Shown: positions 1-10,350 of the stretch, one piece after another
Position numbering within the stretch: position 1 is the first letter of the stretch
Layout of the letters: each line of letters begins with the position of its first letter
From: an uncultured Candidatus Actinomarinales bacterium
Lineage (GTDB): Bacteria > Actinomycetota > Acidimicrobiia > Actinomarinales > Actinomarinaceae
Direction: 5' to 3'
Assembly: GCA_963979435.1 (NCBI GenBank)
Contig: CAXBVE010000002.1
Location: 11,138 to 75,137, forward strand
DNA length: 64,000 nucleotides
Made by a program: the position numbers and the translations under genes
The notes under the pieces: generated by a model
Databases searched by the model: none
What the model saw: only the letters and a program-made list of their open reading frames with translations
What the model was told of the DNA's origin: nothing

Positions 1-2
1 TG

Positions 3-332
3 ATGGACCTTACTGCTGTTGATTGGTTTAGAAAAAAAGAACCAAGATTTGAAGTAGTAATTAATCTTTTATCTCTTTCTAAGAACCTTAGAAAGACAAT
101 TAAGGTTCAAGTCCCTGATGAAAATCTCACCATCCCCTCAATTACAGATATTTATCCAGGAGCCAATTTTTACGAAAGAGAAGTGTTTGATATGTTTGGG
201 ATAATCTTTGAAAATCATCCTCAACTAACCAGAATTTTGATGCCGGATGACTGGATAGGACACCCTCTCAGAAAAGACTACGGATCTGGAAGAATTCCTG
301 TCCAATTTAAAAATGCTCCGAGTGTGGATTAA
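3..332 (+). CDS. nuoC: NADH-quinone oxidoreductase subunit C (5' truncated by window edge)
   Basis: C-terminal NuoC-like sequence (…[17 protein letters not shown]…HP.L.RIL); directly precedes nuoD with a 2-nt gap. Confidence 0.85.
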   Translation: MDLTAVDWFRKKEPRFEVVINLLSLSKNLRKTIKVQVPDENLTIPSITDIYPGANFYEREVFDMFGIIFENHPQLTRILMPDDWIGHPLRKDYGSGRIPVQFKNAPSVD

Positions 333-334
333 TT

Positions 335-1690
335 ATGGTTAAAAATAAAGAAAACTCAGAAGATTTAGACTTTTGGGCAACAAATTCAGAAGAAGGTGGA
401 TGGAATATTTCATCTACAGATGAAGGTTCTCAAAAAATGAATGATGAGGAGTCCGAACAACAGATAAAAATCCAGACTGGGTCTGATGTCGTAGATGATT
501 ATTTTGTTGAAGAAGAAACCTCTGAAGATGAGAGGATGATTGTTAATATGGGTCCTCAGCATCCTTCAACTCATGGAGTTTTGAGACTTCAAGTTGAACT
601 TGAGGGTGAAGCCGTCAGAAGAGTAAAACCTATCATTGGATATTTACATACTGGCATGGAGAAAACTGGTGAAGAGCTAACTTATCTTCAGGGACCTACC
701 AACACAACTAGAATGGACTATCTCTCACCTTTTTTTAATGAACTAGTCTTTTCACTTACCACTGAGAAGCTTTTAGACATCGAAGTTCCAGCTAGGGCAG
801 AAACAATAAGAATATTAATGACTGAGTTAAATAGAGTATCATCACATCTAGTTGCCCTTGCAACCGGAGGCATGGACATAGGAGCACTTTCTATGATGAT
901 ATTTGGGTTTAGAGAAAGAGAATTAGTATTAAATTTTTTTGAAAAGACAACAGGACTAAGAATGAATCATAACTACATCCGACCAGGAGGTGTAGCAGCA
1001 GACTTACCTGATAATTGGCAAAAAGATGTTAAAGAAATTTTAAAAATTATCCCCGAAAAGCTCAAAGATTACGACGAAATGTTACTTGATAATCCGATAT
1101 GGCAGGGACGACTCCAAAATGTAGGAATTATAACTCCTGAGGAATGTCTAGCTTATGGCATTACTGGCCCAAGTTTAAGAGCATCTGGTCAGGGATGGGA
1201 CCTTAGGAAAATGCAGCCTTATTCTGGAATTGAAAAATTTGATTTTGACGTACCTGTTTTACAAGAAAGTGATGTTTTTGCTCGTTGGAGAATTAAAGTA
1301 CTTGAAATTCTAGAGAGTCTAAAAATTGTAGAGCAAGCAATGGACAATATGCCTAAAGGACCTTATAAAATTCAAGATAAAAAAGTCACACCCCCTCCAA
1401 GGAAAAGACTTGATGAATCTATGGAGGCACTGATTCATCATTTTAAAATTTACACTGAGGGATTCAAAGTTCCTGAAGGAGATGCATATGTTGCTGTTGA
1501 GTCCCCAAGAGGAGAATTAGGTTGTTATATAGTTTCAGATGGTTCTTCTAAACCATTTCGAATGCACGTAAGGGGCCCATCATTTTGTAACCTACAAGCC
1601 CTACCTATTGTTATGGCCGACAGTCCAATAGCAGATGCTGTTGCAGCAATAGCATCTTTAGATCCTGTAATTGGAGATGTTGATAGATGA
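335..1690 (+). CDS. nuoD: NADH-quinone oxidoreductase subunit D (49 kDa), with ~70-aa acidic N-terminal extension
   Basis: MIVNMGPQHPSTHGVLRL core and C-terminal …IASLDPVIGDVDR; collinear by eye with actinobacterial NuoD. Confidence 0.95.
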   Translation: MVKNKENSEDLDFWATNSEEGGWNISSTDEGSQKMNDEESEQQIKIQTGSDVVDDYFVEEETSEDERMIVNMGPQHPSTHGVLRLQVELEGEAVRRVKPIIGYLHTGMEKTGEELTYLQGPTNTTRMDYLSPFFNELVFSLTTEKLLDIEVPARAETIRILMTELNRVSSHLVALATGGMDIGALSMMIFGFRERELVLNFFEKTTGLRMNHNYIRPGGVAADLPDNWQKDVKEILKIIPEKLKDYDEMLLDNPIWQGRLQNVGIITPEECLAYGITGPSLRASGQGWDLRKMQPYSGIEKFDFDVPVLQESDVFARWRIKVLEILESLKIVEQAMDNMPKGPYKIQDKKVTPPPRKRLDESMEALIHHFKIYTEGFKVPEGDAYVAVESPRGELGCYIVSDGSSKPFRMHVRGPSFCNLQALPIVMADSPIADAVAAIASLDPVIGDVDR

Positions 1691-2301
1691 GCTGGGAAAC
1701 AGATAGATTAGAAAAAGCTAAACAAATTATTGAAATGTATCCTCAAAAGAGATCTGCTCTAGGACCATTGCTTTATTTAGCCCAAGATAAAGATGGATAT
1801 ATCTCAAATGAATCAATTGTTGAAATTAGCGGACTTATTGGGATAACAGAAGTCCAAGTCCAATCGGTTGCATCTTTTTATTCAATGTACAAACAGGAAC
1901 CAACAGGTAAATATTTACTCAGTGTTTGTAAATCAATTTCTTGTGAGATAAGTAACTCAACCGATGTAATTAATAGTGTTAAAAATTTTACAGGGCTAAG
2001 TAACAATGAAACAGATGATAAAAATTTCTTTACTTATGAGTCTGTTGAATGCATAGGCGCGTGCGGTGGAGCACCTGCAATTCAAGTTAATTATGAGACC
2101 ATCGAAGGCTTAACACCTGATAAAGCTGTAGATTTGTGCAAGTGGCTTAAAGAAGAAGAACCTGAAATCGTAGTTGCTGATGAGCTCCAAGATAAATTTG
2201 GTGGAGTGAAGTCTTTTGACTGGGCTATCGCAGATAACAATGGAGCAACTAGCCCTGTCCCAGGTTTTCAAACCTATGACACATCAAAGGAGAAAAAATG
2301 A
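1687..2301 (+). CDS. nuoE: NADH-quinone oxidoreductase subunit E (24 kDa, 2Fe-2S)
   Basis: Cys motifs SVCKSISC…CIGACGGAP typical of NuoE; overlaps nuoD stop. Confidence 0.9.
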   Translation: MSWETDRLEKAKQIIEMYPQKRSALGPLLYLAQDKDGYISNESIVEISGLIGITEVQVQSVASFYSMYKQEPTGKYLLSVCKSISCEISNSTDVINSVKNFTGLSNNETDDKNFFTYESVECIGACGGAPAIQVNYETIEGLTPDKAVDLCKWLKEEEPEIVVADELQDKFGGVKSFDWAIADNNGATSPVPGFQTYDTSKEKK

Positions 2302-3587
2302 AAGAAACCCTTCTTCTGACCAAGCATATGAGAGAAAATCCTGAAGACAGCCACTCTCTAAAATCTTATGAAAAAAATGGAGGATATAAATCTGCTAAAA
2401 AAGTACTTAAGTCTGGCACCCCTGAAGAAGTACTCCAAGAGATAAAAGATTCTAACATTAGAGGTAGAGGAGGAGCTGGTTTTCCTACAGGAGTCAAATG
2501 GGGCTTTTTAGCTGAAGATGAAGAAAGATACCTTGTTATAAACGGTGATGAATCTGAGCCAGGAACTTTTAAAGATAGAATTCTTCTTGAAAGAGATCCA
2601 CATCAACTAATTGAAGGAATGATAATCACATGTTTTGCCGCAAATATTTCAAAGGCTTTCATATATATAAGAGGTGAATACGCAAAGCCGGCAAGAAGAG
2701 TTCAAAGTGCTATTGAGCAAGCTTATGAAAAGGGATATTTGGGAAAGAAAATATTTGGATCTTCTATGAATTTAGATATTGTGGTACACCTTGGTGCAGG
2801 AGCCTATATATGTGGAGAGGAAACTGCTTTACTAAACTCACTAGAAGGTAGAAGAGGTGAGCCCAGATTAAAACCACCATTTTTTCCAGCAGTAAAAGGC
2901 CTATATAACAAACCAACGCTTGTAAATAATGTTGAGACTATCTCTTCTGTTCCATGGATAATGAGTAACTCTGGAAAAGATTATTCAAGCTTAGGAGTTG
3001 AAGGTTCAACAGGGACAAGAATTTTCAGTCTTTCTGGACACATAAACAATCCTGGAAACTACGAAATAGAGATGGGGTCTTCATTTGGAGAGTTCGTAGA
3101 CACTTTAGGCAAAGGTGTTAAAAATAAAGCCATTAAAGCATACATTCCTGGTGGAGCCTCAGCTCCATGGTTACGTGGAGATCAACTTGATGTCAAAATG
3201 ACAATTGATGACGTTGCAAACGAGGGGTCCATGCTTGGTTCTGGAGCAGTTGTAATGATGGATGAAGATACAAATTTAGTTTTAGCAGCAAAAAGCTTAG
3301 TAAGCTTTTTTGCGCATGAGTCTTGTGGACAATGCACTCCATGCAGAGAGGGAACTACTTGGCTTGAAAATATACTTGAAAGAGTTGCTTCCGGCAGGGG
3401 ACGACTTTCAGACATAGATCTACTACTTGATGTCTGTGATAATATTTCACCAGGACTCACCTGGCCACCAAAGATGACAACTATATGTCCACTTGGACCT
3501 TCTGCTACTGCATCGATCGTTTCTTTAATGAAAGACTTTAGATCTGAAGTTGAAGTTTTACTACCAAAGAAAGTAGTTATAGGTTGA
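2298..3587 (+). CDS. nuoF: NADH-quinone oxidoreductase subunit F (51 kDa, FMN/NADH binding)
   Basis: GRGGAGFPTGVKW NADH/FMN motif and C-terminal 4Fe-4S Cys cluster (ESCGQCTPCREG). Confidence 0.95.
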   Translation: MKETLLLTKHMRENPEDSHSLKSYEKNGGYKSAKKVLKSGTPEEVLQEIKDSNIRGRGGAGFPTGVKWGFLAEDEERYLVINGDESEPGTFKDRILLERDPHQLIEGMIITCFAANISKAFIYIRGEYAKPARRVQSAIEQAYEKGYLGKKIFGSSMNLDIVVHLGAGAYICGEETALLNSLEGRRGEPRLKPPFFPAVKGLYNKPTLVNNVETISSVPWIMSNSGKDYSSLGVEGSTGTRIFSLSGHINNPGNYEIEMGSSFGEFVDTLGKGVKNKAIKAYIPGGASAPWLRGDQLDVKMTIDDVANEGSMLGSGAVVMMDEDTNLVLAAKSLVSFFAHESCGQCTPCREGTTWLENILERVASGRGRLSDIDLLLDVCDNISPGLTWPPKMTTICPLGPSATASIVSLMKDFRSEVEVLLPKKVVIG

Positions 3588-5917
3588 ACGAAAAAGTAAC
3601 TTTTACCGTTGATGGAAAACAGCTTGAAGGAAAACAGGGCCAACTTCTAATTGAGGCATGTGAGGATTCTGGTATTCATATACCAAGGTTTTGTTGGCAT
3701 AAAAGATTAGATCCAGTCGGTATGTGTCGAATGTGTCTTGTTGAAATTGATACACCTAGAGGAAAAACATTAGTACCTTCTTGTACAACACAGGTAAGTG
3801 AAGAATTAAGTGTTGAGACAGAGTCTGATACTGTTAAAAAAGCTCAAGAAGGTGTTCTAGAGTTTTTACTCATCAACCACCCCCTAGACTGTCCTATCTG
3901 TGATAAAGCAGGAGAATGTCCCCTTCAAGATCAGACAATGGCTTATGGACCAGGAGAATCAAGATTTATTGAGGAAAAAAGACATTTTGAGAAACCAATT
4001 CCTATTTCAGATATCGTTTTACTTGACAGAGAGAGGTGTATTTTATGTGCCAGATGTACTAGGTTTTCTGATGAAATATCTGGAGATCCCTTAATTGAAT
4101 TCATCCAAAGGGGAAATAAAACACAAGTTAATACTTTTCCTGACGAACCCTTTAAATCTTACTTTTCAGGAAATACTGTTCAAATTTGTCCAGTTGGCGC
4201 ACTAACAGCAACTAGTTATAGATTTAAAGCAAGGCCATGGGATTTAAAAAAAGTGTCTTCAACATGTAATTGTTGTTCGTTAGGGTGTTCCGTTGAGCTA
4301 AATGTGTCTCAAAATAAAATGTTAAGAATACTTGGTGAAGATAATGAATTTACAAATCAAGGATGGCTTTCAGATAAAGGAAGATATAATTTTGAATATT
4401 TGCACTCAGAAAATAGATTATTAAATATTCAGTCAAGAGAAAATGAAGACTTTCAGACTATCAATATCTCAGATGCAATTGAAAAAATCAAAAATAAGAT
4501 TAAAGACTTAGACAACCCGGACATAAAGTTTATCGTTGGAGCGAACAGCACAAATGAAGAATATTTTGCAATCAACAAATTTGCCAATTCCCTAAATAGA
4601 AATGAATTTTTAAGTAAGGACAAATCTAATGTCTACTTTGCAGATGATCATATTTATAACGGTTATTTTAGTGATGAATATACAAATGCTACTTTCGAAG
4701 ATCTAGATACTTCTGATGCAATCGTTGTGTGGGCAGAGGATATTAAAGATAACCTACCAGTACTATTTCTTAGAATCAAAAAAGCAGTTAAAAATGGAGT
4801 TAAGCTCGTTGTCTTCGGACACACGAATACAGCTTTAGAGAGTCTTGCAGACCACTATTTTGGTGCTGAAATTGTTTCCAATAATTTTGAATTAAAAACA
4901 AGTCTAAGCAACATTCAAGAACTGAAAGATATTATCGATAGTAAAAAAGTAACTACAATTGTTGGAAAATCTACTCCTTTACAGAAAAAAGATTCACTAG
5001 ATACTCTTATAAATCATTTACAAAAGGTCTCTGACCTGAAGATATTTAACTGTTTTAGTAGAGCGAATACTTTTGGAGCAATACAACACATTGACCAGAT
5101 TAAGGGATTAAATGATTTCTGCACTGAATATGAGGATTCAAATAAAAATATTGTGTTTACTATAGGTGCAAACCCAGTTAACTCATCATTTTTTGGATCC
5201 AAAATAAAAGATATTCTCGAAGATACAGAATATGTTGTTTCACTTGATATTTTTAAAAATGAAACAACAGAATTAGCTGATTTGATATTACCAACAACTG
5301 CTTTTGGTGAAAAAGAGGGGACGATAACAAATATGGAAATGAGGGTTATGAAGCAAAATAAAATCCTTCCAGACCCTGGCTCAACTCTTTCTGAATGGGA
5401 ATATTTAATAATGATTGCTCAATCACTTGGAAAAGATATTAACTATGACAGTGTAAACCAGCTAAACAGTGAGCTAGCGAATCAGTTTACAATGACAGAA
5501 GCATTACCCACATTTGATAACCTTAACAAACCATCAAATCTCTTTGGAATACTAAATCAAAAAGAAATTAATTTAAATATCAAGGATGTAGATCAAGATA
5601 GTCCATCTCTTTTGATGGTAAAAAGACTCTATGGAGATTCAAGTACTCAAATTAATTCACCATCTATTTCAATGTTAGGTTCTGAAAGGTTTATTGAGTT
5701 GAGTGAATCTACTTTAGACAAATATGGAATAAAGTCAAATGTTGCTACTTTAACTCAAGGCTCATCCTCCATTTTTGTGAATATAAAATTGAATAATCTT
5801 TTGCCAGACAATCTTGTTTTAGCGCCGATTAACAGAAGAGGATTTGAAAAATTAGACTCTACTAAAGATTTTGATCTCAAAGAGACAAAAAATATGAAGG
5901 ATTTAAGTGTCAACTGA
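3584..5917 (+). CDS. nuoG: NADH-quinone oxidoreductase subunit G (75 kDa)
   Basis: N-terminal 2Fe-2S/4Fe-4S Cys clusters (CRMCLVE…, CPICDKAGECPLQD, CILCARCTRF); 777 aa. Confidence 0.93.
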   Translation: MNEKVTFTVDGKQLEGKQGQLLIEACEDSGIHIPRFCWHKRLDPVGMCRMCLVEIDTPRGKTLVPSCTTQVSEELSVETESDTVKKAQEGVLEFLLINHPLDCPICDKAGECPLQDQTMAYGPGESRFIEEKRHFEKPIPISDIVLLDRERCILCARCTRFSDEISGDPLIEFIQRGNKTQVNTFPDEPFKSYFSGNTVQICPVGALTATSYRFKARPWDLKKVSSTCNCCSLGCSVELNVSQNKMLRILGEDNEFTNQGWLSDKGRYNFEYLHSENRLLNIQSRENEDFQTINISDAIEKIKNKIKDLDNPDIKFIVGANSTNEEYFAINKFANSLNRNEFLSKDKSNVYFADDHIYNGYFSDEYTNATFEDLDTSDAIVVWAEDIKDNLPVLFLRIKKAVKNGVKLVVFGHTNTALESLADHYFGAEIVSNNFELKTSLSNIQELKDIIDSKKVTTIVGKSTPLQKKDSLDTLINHLQKVSDLKIFNCFSRANTFGAIQHIDQIKGLNDFCTEYEDSNKNIVFTIGANPVNSSFFGSKIKDILEDTEYVVSLDIFKNETTELADLILPTTAFGEKEGTITNMEMRVMKQNKILPDPGSTLSEWEYLIMIAQSLGKDINYDSVNQLNSELANQFTMTEALPTFDNLNKPSNLFGILNQKEINLNIKDVDQDSPSLLMVKRLYGDSSTQINSPSISMLGSERFIELSESTLDKYGIKSNVATLTQGSSSIFVNIKLNNLLPDNLVLAPINRRGFEKLDSTKDFDLKETKNMKDLSVN

Positions 5918-7004
5918 TTTAATAATTGGAGTAACAAAAGCAGCTTTGATCTTAGGGCTATTATTAACCAACACAATTTTACTTATATGGCTCGAAAGAA
6001 AGTTAGTAGCTGGTATGCAATCCCGTGTTGGACCAGATAGGGCAGGACCTTTTGGAATCTTGCAAACAGTTGCTGATGCAGTAAAACTACTTCTAAAAGA
6101 GCAAATACTTCCCTTAAAAGCTGACAGAGCAATGTATTTATTAGCTCCTATCCTTGCATTGGTACCATCATTTTTAATATTTATGATTATCCCTCTTGGG
6201 CCAAGCATCGATTTAGTTATACAGGGAGAAGCCGTAAATGTAGATTTGGTTGGAGCAAATATTAACGTAGGAGTCTTATTCTTCTTAGCTCTATCATCAA
6301 TAGCCGTATATAGTGTTGTTCTTGCCGGTTGGTCTTCAGGATCGAAATACCCATTACTTGGTGGAGTCAGAGCTTCTGCACAGATGATCTCTTATGAAGC
6401 CGCTATGGGGTTAGCCTTAGTTCCAGTAATACTTTATTCAGGATCTATGTCAATGACTGATATAGTTCAAAGTCAATCAGGATTTCTATCAAGCCCTATT
6501 CCTATACTAGATTCAATTGTTGGCTTTATTCCTAAGTGGAATATATTTCCACAGTTTGTAGCATTTGCAATATTTTTTATAGCATCTGTTGCAGAGGTAA
6601 ATAGAGCTCCATTTGACTTAGTTGAAGCCGAACAAGAGTTGGTAGGAGGATTTCACACCGAGTATTCCGGATTTCGCTTTGCAATGTTTTTTCTTGCCGA
6701 ATATATAAACATGTTTAACATGTGTGCAATAACAGCTACATTCTTTTTAGGCGGATGGCTAGGCCCAACTTTTTCAGGATTCTTACCACCATTCATTTCA
6801 GCATTTATGCCAGCCGTTTGGCTCGGGGTTAAAACTTTTTCTTTGTTATTTATATATGTTTGGATAAGAGCAACCCTACCTAGATTGAGATATGATCAAT
6901 TGATGGAACTAGGCTGGAAAAGACTAATTCCGATTTCACTAGTATGGCTATTATTATCTTCAATTGTTTTAGGAGTTAGAGAGTTTGGCTTACCATGGAG
7001 TTAA
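5907..7004 (+). CDS. nuoH: NADH-quinone oxidoreductase subunit H (ND1)
   Basis: Polytopic membrane protein with the conserved NuoH/ND1 pattern (…EYSGFRFAMFFLAEY…). Confidence 0.93.
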   Translation: MSTDLIIGVTKAALILGLLLTNTILLIWLERKLVAGMQSRVGPDRAGPFGILQTVADAVKLLLKEQILPLKADRAMYLLAPILALVPSFLIFMIIPLGPSIDLVIQGEAVNVDLVGANINVGVLFFLALSSIAVYSVVLAGWSSGSKYPLLGGVRASAQMISYEAAMGLALVPVILYSGSMSMTDIVQSQSGFLSSPIPILDSIVGFIPKWNIFPQFVAFAIFFIASVAEVNRAPFDLVEAEQELVGGFHTEYSGFRFAMFFLAEYINMFNMCAITATFFLGGWLGPTFSGFLPPFISAFMPAVWLGVKTFSLLFIYVWIRATLPRLRYDQLMELGWKRLIPISLVWLLLSSIVLGVREFGLPWS

Positions 7005-7007
7005 AAG

Positions 7008-7622
7008 ATGAGTAGTGGATACGACTTACTAAAAGGATTAAAAGTAACATTTAAAGAGTTATTTAAAAAATCTGTAACTGATAAATACCCGAAAGAGTTT
7101 AGAGACAAACCCCAACGTTTTCATGGAAGACATGTTCTTAACAAATATGAAGATGGTATGGAAAAGTGTATTGGTTGTGAACTTTGTGCTGGAGCATGCC
7201 CTGCACAATGTATATATGTAAGGGGTGAGGATAATCCTGAGGAAAACCCAGTAAGTCCAGGGGAGAGATATGGCTTCATATATGAAATAAATATGTTGAG
7301 GTGTATATATTGTGGTCTTTGTGTAGAGGCTTGCCCTACAGAGGCAATAACAATGACTTCACTTTTTGAAATGAGCGTTGCAAATCGATCTGAGGCAGTA
7401 TTTGATAAATCTGTATTGCTTGTTAAAGACGATGGTTCAGCCAATACTCACGAAGAACAAACAAATTTAACTAACCCAGAAGAGTTAACAAAAATTGATG
7501 GTTGGATGAGAGCAACAGCTCCTAATGGTAATCCAGATTTTGAAAATGTTATTGGATGGACTAATTCCCTGGGCTATGGGGAAAGAGAACCAGAAAAAGG
7601 CCAAACAATGGAAGAAGAGTAA
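7008..7622 (+). CDS. nuoI: NADH-quinone oxidoreductase subunit I (2x4Fe-4S) with ~40-aa C-terminal extension
   Basis: Two CxxCxxCxxxCP ferredoxin motifs (CIGCELCAGACP, CIYCGLCVEACP). Confidence 0.93.
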   Translation: MSSGYDLLKGLKVTFKELFKKSVTDKYPKEFRDKPQRFHGRHVLNKYEDGMEKCIGCELCAGACPAQCIYVRGEDNPEENPVSPGERYGFIYEINMLRCIYCGLCVEACPTEAITMTSLFEMSVANRSEAVFDKSVLLVKDDGSANTHEEQTNLTNPEELTKIDGWMRATAPNGNPDFENVIGWTNSLGYGEREPEKGQTMEEE

Positions 7623-7627
7623 AAAAA

Positions 7628-8152
7628 GTGTTAGAACTACTACTTTTTGCAGTACCAGCAGGTCTAGTAATTCTAGGAGCTTTAATAGTTATATTTGCTA
7701 AAAATCCTGTTCACAATTCAATGGGTTTAGTCTTAACACTCGCATCACTTGCAATAATTTATATCACTCTGAATGCAACCTTTGTGGCTATGGTCCAAAT
7801 GCTAGTTTACGCCGGGGCTGTAATGACTTTATTTTTATTTGTGATAATGATGATTGGTGTTGATAAGCCTGAACAAACAAGAGAAGAAATTAAAGGTCAA
7901 ACCCTTCTGGTATCAGGAACCCTTTTTATTTTGATTGGTTTAGTTTCATTTATTGTTGTAAATTCTGGTTTTAAGTGGGATCTCTACTTTCCTGCAGTTG
8001 AGTATAGCCTAGAGGGTACACCGGATTTAATTGCTGCAAGTCTATTTACTGAATGGGTTCTCCCATTTGAGATAATTTCATTATTACTTATCGTTGCTAC
8101 AGCTGCAGCTATTGCCTTAGCTTATGATACAAAAGTAAGGAAACCAAAATGA
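7628..8152 (+). CDS. nuoJ: NADH-quinone oxidoreductase subunit J
   Basis: Position in operon; hydrophobic ND6-like protein. Confidence 0.85.
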   Translation: MLELLLFAVPAGLVILGALIVIFAKNPVHNSMGLVLTLASLAIIYITLNATFVAMVQMLVYAGAVMTLFLFVIMMIGVDKPEQTREEIKGQTLLVSGTLFILIGLVSFIVVNSGFKWDLYFPAVEYSLEGTPDLIAASLFTEWVLPFEIISLLLIVATAAAIALAYDTKVRKPK

Positions 8153-8457
8153 TAGAGGTTTCAACGGACTGGTATTTAACATTAGCCGCTATCTTATTTT
8201 CAATCGGCTTCCTGGGGATGATGATTAGAAAAAATGCATTGATTATGTTTATGTGTATAGAGCTTATGCTTAATTCTGTAAATTTAACATTCATAACTGC
8301 ATCAAAACATTTTGGAACAATAGAAGGACAAATCTCCGTATTTTTTGTTCTAGTGGTGGCTGCTGCTGAAGTAGTTGTAGGTTTGGCCATAATAGTTTCA
8401 ATATTTAAAAAACAATCTTCAGCATCTGTAGATTTACTAAGAACTTCCAGAGGTTAG
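8149..8457 (+). CDS. nuoK: NADH-quinone oxidoreductase subunit K
   Basis: ~100-aa 3-TM ND4L-like protein, overlaps nuoJ stop. Confidence 0.88.
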   Translation: MIEVSTDWYLTLAAILFSIGFLGMMIRKNALIMFMCIELMLNSVNLTFITASKHFGTIEGQISVFFVLVVAAAEVVVGLAIIVSIFKKQSSASVDLLRTSRG

Positions 8458-8460
8458 TTA

Positions 8461-10350
8461 GTGGAAAATTTACTTTTAGTAATTATATTTTTACCATTGT
8501 TAACAGCCCTTGGGATTAAGATTATTTCAAATTTAGTAAATGAACTTTTACTAAATTTTTTAACAATTAACTCAGCACTTCTGTCTTTTGCAACAGCATG
8601 CGGAATGTTTGGTCTACTTCTTACAGATAAGTTTAAGCCTATTCACTTAGAATTATTTACATGGATTCCAAGCCCAGAAATATTATTTGAATTTACTTTG
8701 GACGGTCTTTCTGGAATCATGATGCTTCTTGTAACAGGGCTATCAGTTGTTATTCAAATCTTTTCAACATCGTACATGAGTAAAGATGAGAATTACTCCA
8801 AATATTTTATATATTTTAATGTATTTGTATTTTCTATGTTGCTATTGGTTATGTCGGGAAATTTTTTAGTGATGTTTTTTGGCTGGGAGTTAGTTGGACT
8901 GAGTTCCTATCTCTTGATATCATTCTGGTCAAAAAAACAGTCAGCTGCAAAAGCTGGAAACAAAGCCTTCATTCTCAATCGTATAGGAGATTTTGGGTTC
9001 CTAGTTGGATTAATGCTGACGTTGAACACCTTTGGAACGTTCAATTACGAAAAAGTTTTTTCTGAAGTCTTAAATGGGAATCGTGAAAGTTTAAGCATTA
9101 TTGTAATTTGTTTTATTATTGGAGCATTTGGTAAGTCTGCACAGTTTCCACTTTTTAGTTGGTTACCAGATGCAATGGAAGGACCCACACCGGCTAGTGC
9201 TTTAATACACGCAGCGACAATGGTTACGGCAGGTGTCTTCATGCTTGTAAGAATCTCACCAATATTACAGTTTTCGGAAACGGGAAAACTTATCATCATT
9301 ACAGCAGGACTGTTGACTGCTTTGATCGCAGCTTTTTCTGCAATTAATCAAGATGATATAAAAAAGGTCTTGGCTTACTCCACAATTTCTCAATTAGGGT
9401 TCATGTTTATTGCTATAGGTTCAGGTGCATATGTTGCAGCAATTTTCCATTTGGTAACTCACGCATTTTTTAAAGCTCTCCTATTCCTAGGGGCAGGTGC
9501 TGTAATTCACGAGATGCATCACGAGCAAAATATTCATAAAATGGGGAACCTCAAAACAAAAATGCCTATTACCGCTGCAATGATGGGTATAGGTACATTA
9601 GCAATATCAGGAATCCCTCCACTTGCAGGTTTTTGGTCAAAAGACGAAATACTCGCTTCTACTTTTGCAAATGGTGGCTTCTATTACGGGTATTGGGCTC
9701 TCTCATTATTGGCTGCTTTTATGACAGCTTTCTATATGGGAAGACACTGGTTATTAATATTTCACAAAGAAACTGGAAATGACATCAGTCAAGTTCACGA
9801 GGCACCAAAAGCGATGGTAAGGCCCCTTATTGTATTGGGCATATTTTCATTCTTTATTGGATTTATTAATACTCCTTTTTTCCACGGATTAGAAAAAGTC
9901 CTAGAGGAAACACTACATTATGTAGACATAACACATCTTCCTGAGGGGATTACATTGATTATCCTCGCTGTAGTTTCGATAGGTGCTGGATTTACAGGTT
10001 TATTGCTTGCTTATCTGATATATATTGTAGATATACTTGCATATTTTAAAGTCAAGATTCCACTCAAAGAAGAAATAAAAGAGCTGTCTTCAAATACCCT
10101 ATATTTAAACAAATTTGGTGAAGTCATATTTGTAAAGGGTATGAAATCATTTTCTAGAAAAACCGCTGTTGTTGTTGATGGGCTCTTGATTGATGGCTTA
10201 GTTAACAAAATATCTAGTTTGTTTTACAACTCCTCACAAAAAGTCTCAAAATCACAGAATGGTCTCGTAAGAAGCTATGTTGTTTATTTTGGATTTTTTA
10301 TGCTTCTACTAATTGGGCTGTTTATTGCTACACCATGGGTATTAAATTGA
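8461..10350 (+). CDS. nuoL: NADH-quinone oxidoreductase subunit L (ND5 antiporter-like)
   Basis: Mrp-antiporter-like core (…WLPDAMEGPTPASALIHAATMVTAGV…) plus long C-terminal helix region. Confidence 0.93.
   Translation: MENLLLVIIFLPLLTALGIKIISNLVNELLLNFLTINSALLSFATACGMFGLLLTDKFKPIHLELFTWIPSPEILFEFTLDGLSGIMMLLVTGLSVVIQIFSTSYMSKDENYSKYFIYFNVFVFSMLLLVMSGNFLVMFFGWELVGLSSYLLISFWSKKQSAAKAGNKAFILNRIGDFGFLVGLMLTLNTFGTFNYEKVFSEVLNGNRESLSIIVICFIIGAFGKSAQFPLFSWLPDAMEGPTPASALIHAATMVTAGVFMLVRISPILQFSETGKLIIITAGLLTALIAAFSAINQDDIKKVLAYSTISQLGFMFIAIGSGAYVAAIFHLVTHAFFKALLFLGAGAVIHEMHHEQNIHKMGNLKTKMPITAAMMGIGTLAISGIPPLAGFWSKDEILASTFANGGFYYGYWALSLLAAFMTAFYMGRHWLLIFHKETGNDISQVHEAPKAMVRPLIVLGIFSFFIGFINTPFFHGLEKVLEETLHYVDITHLPEGITLIILAVVSIGAGFTGLLLAYLIYIVDILAYFKVKIPLKEEIKELSSNTLYLNKFGEVIFVKGMKSFSRKTAVVVDGLLIDGLVNKISSLFYNSSQKVSKSQNGLVRSYVVYFGFFMLLLIGLFIATPWVLN

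Noticed and set aside
3182-3643. 153-aa minus-strand ORF
   Set aside because: Lies entirely antisense to nuoF; Ser/Phe-rich composition is typical of out-of-frame AT-rich sequence; no ribosome-binding site.
7121-7444. 107-aa minus-strand ORF inside nuoI
   Set aside because: Antisense to a conserved ferredoxin-type subunit; spurious.
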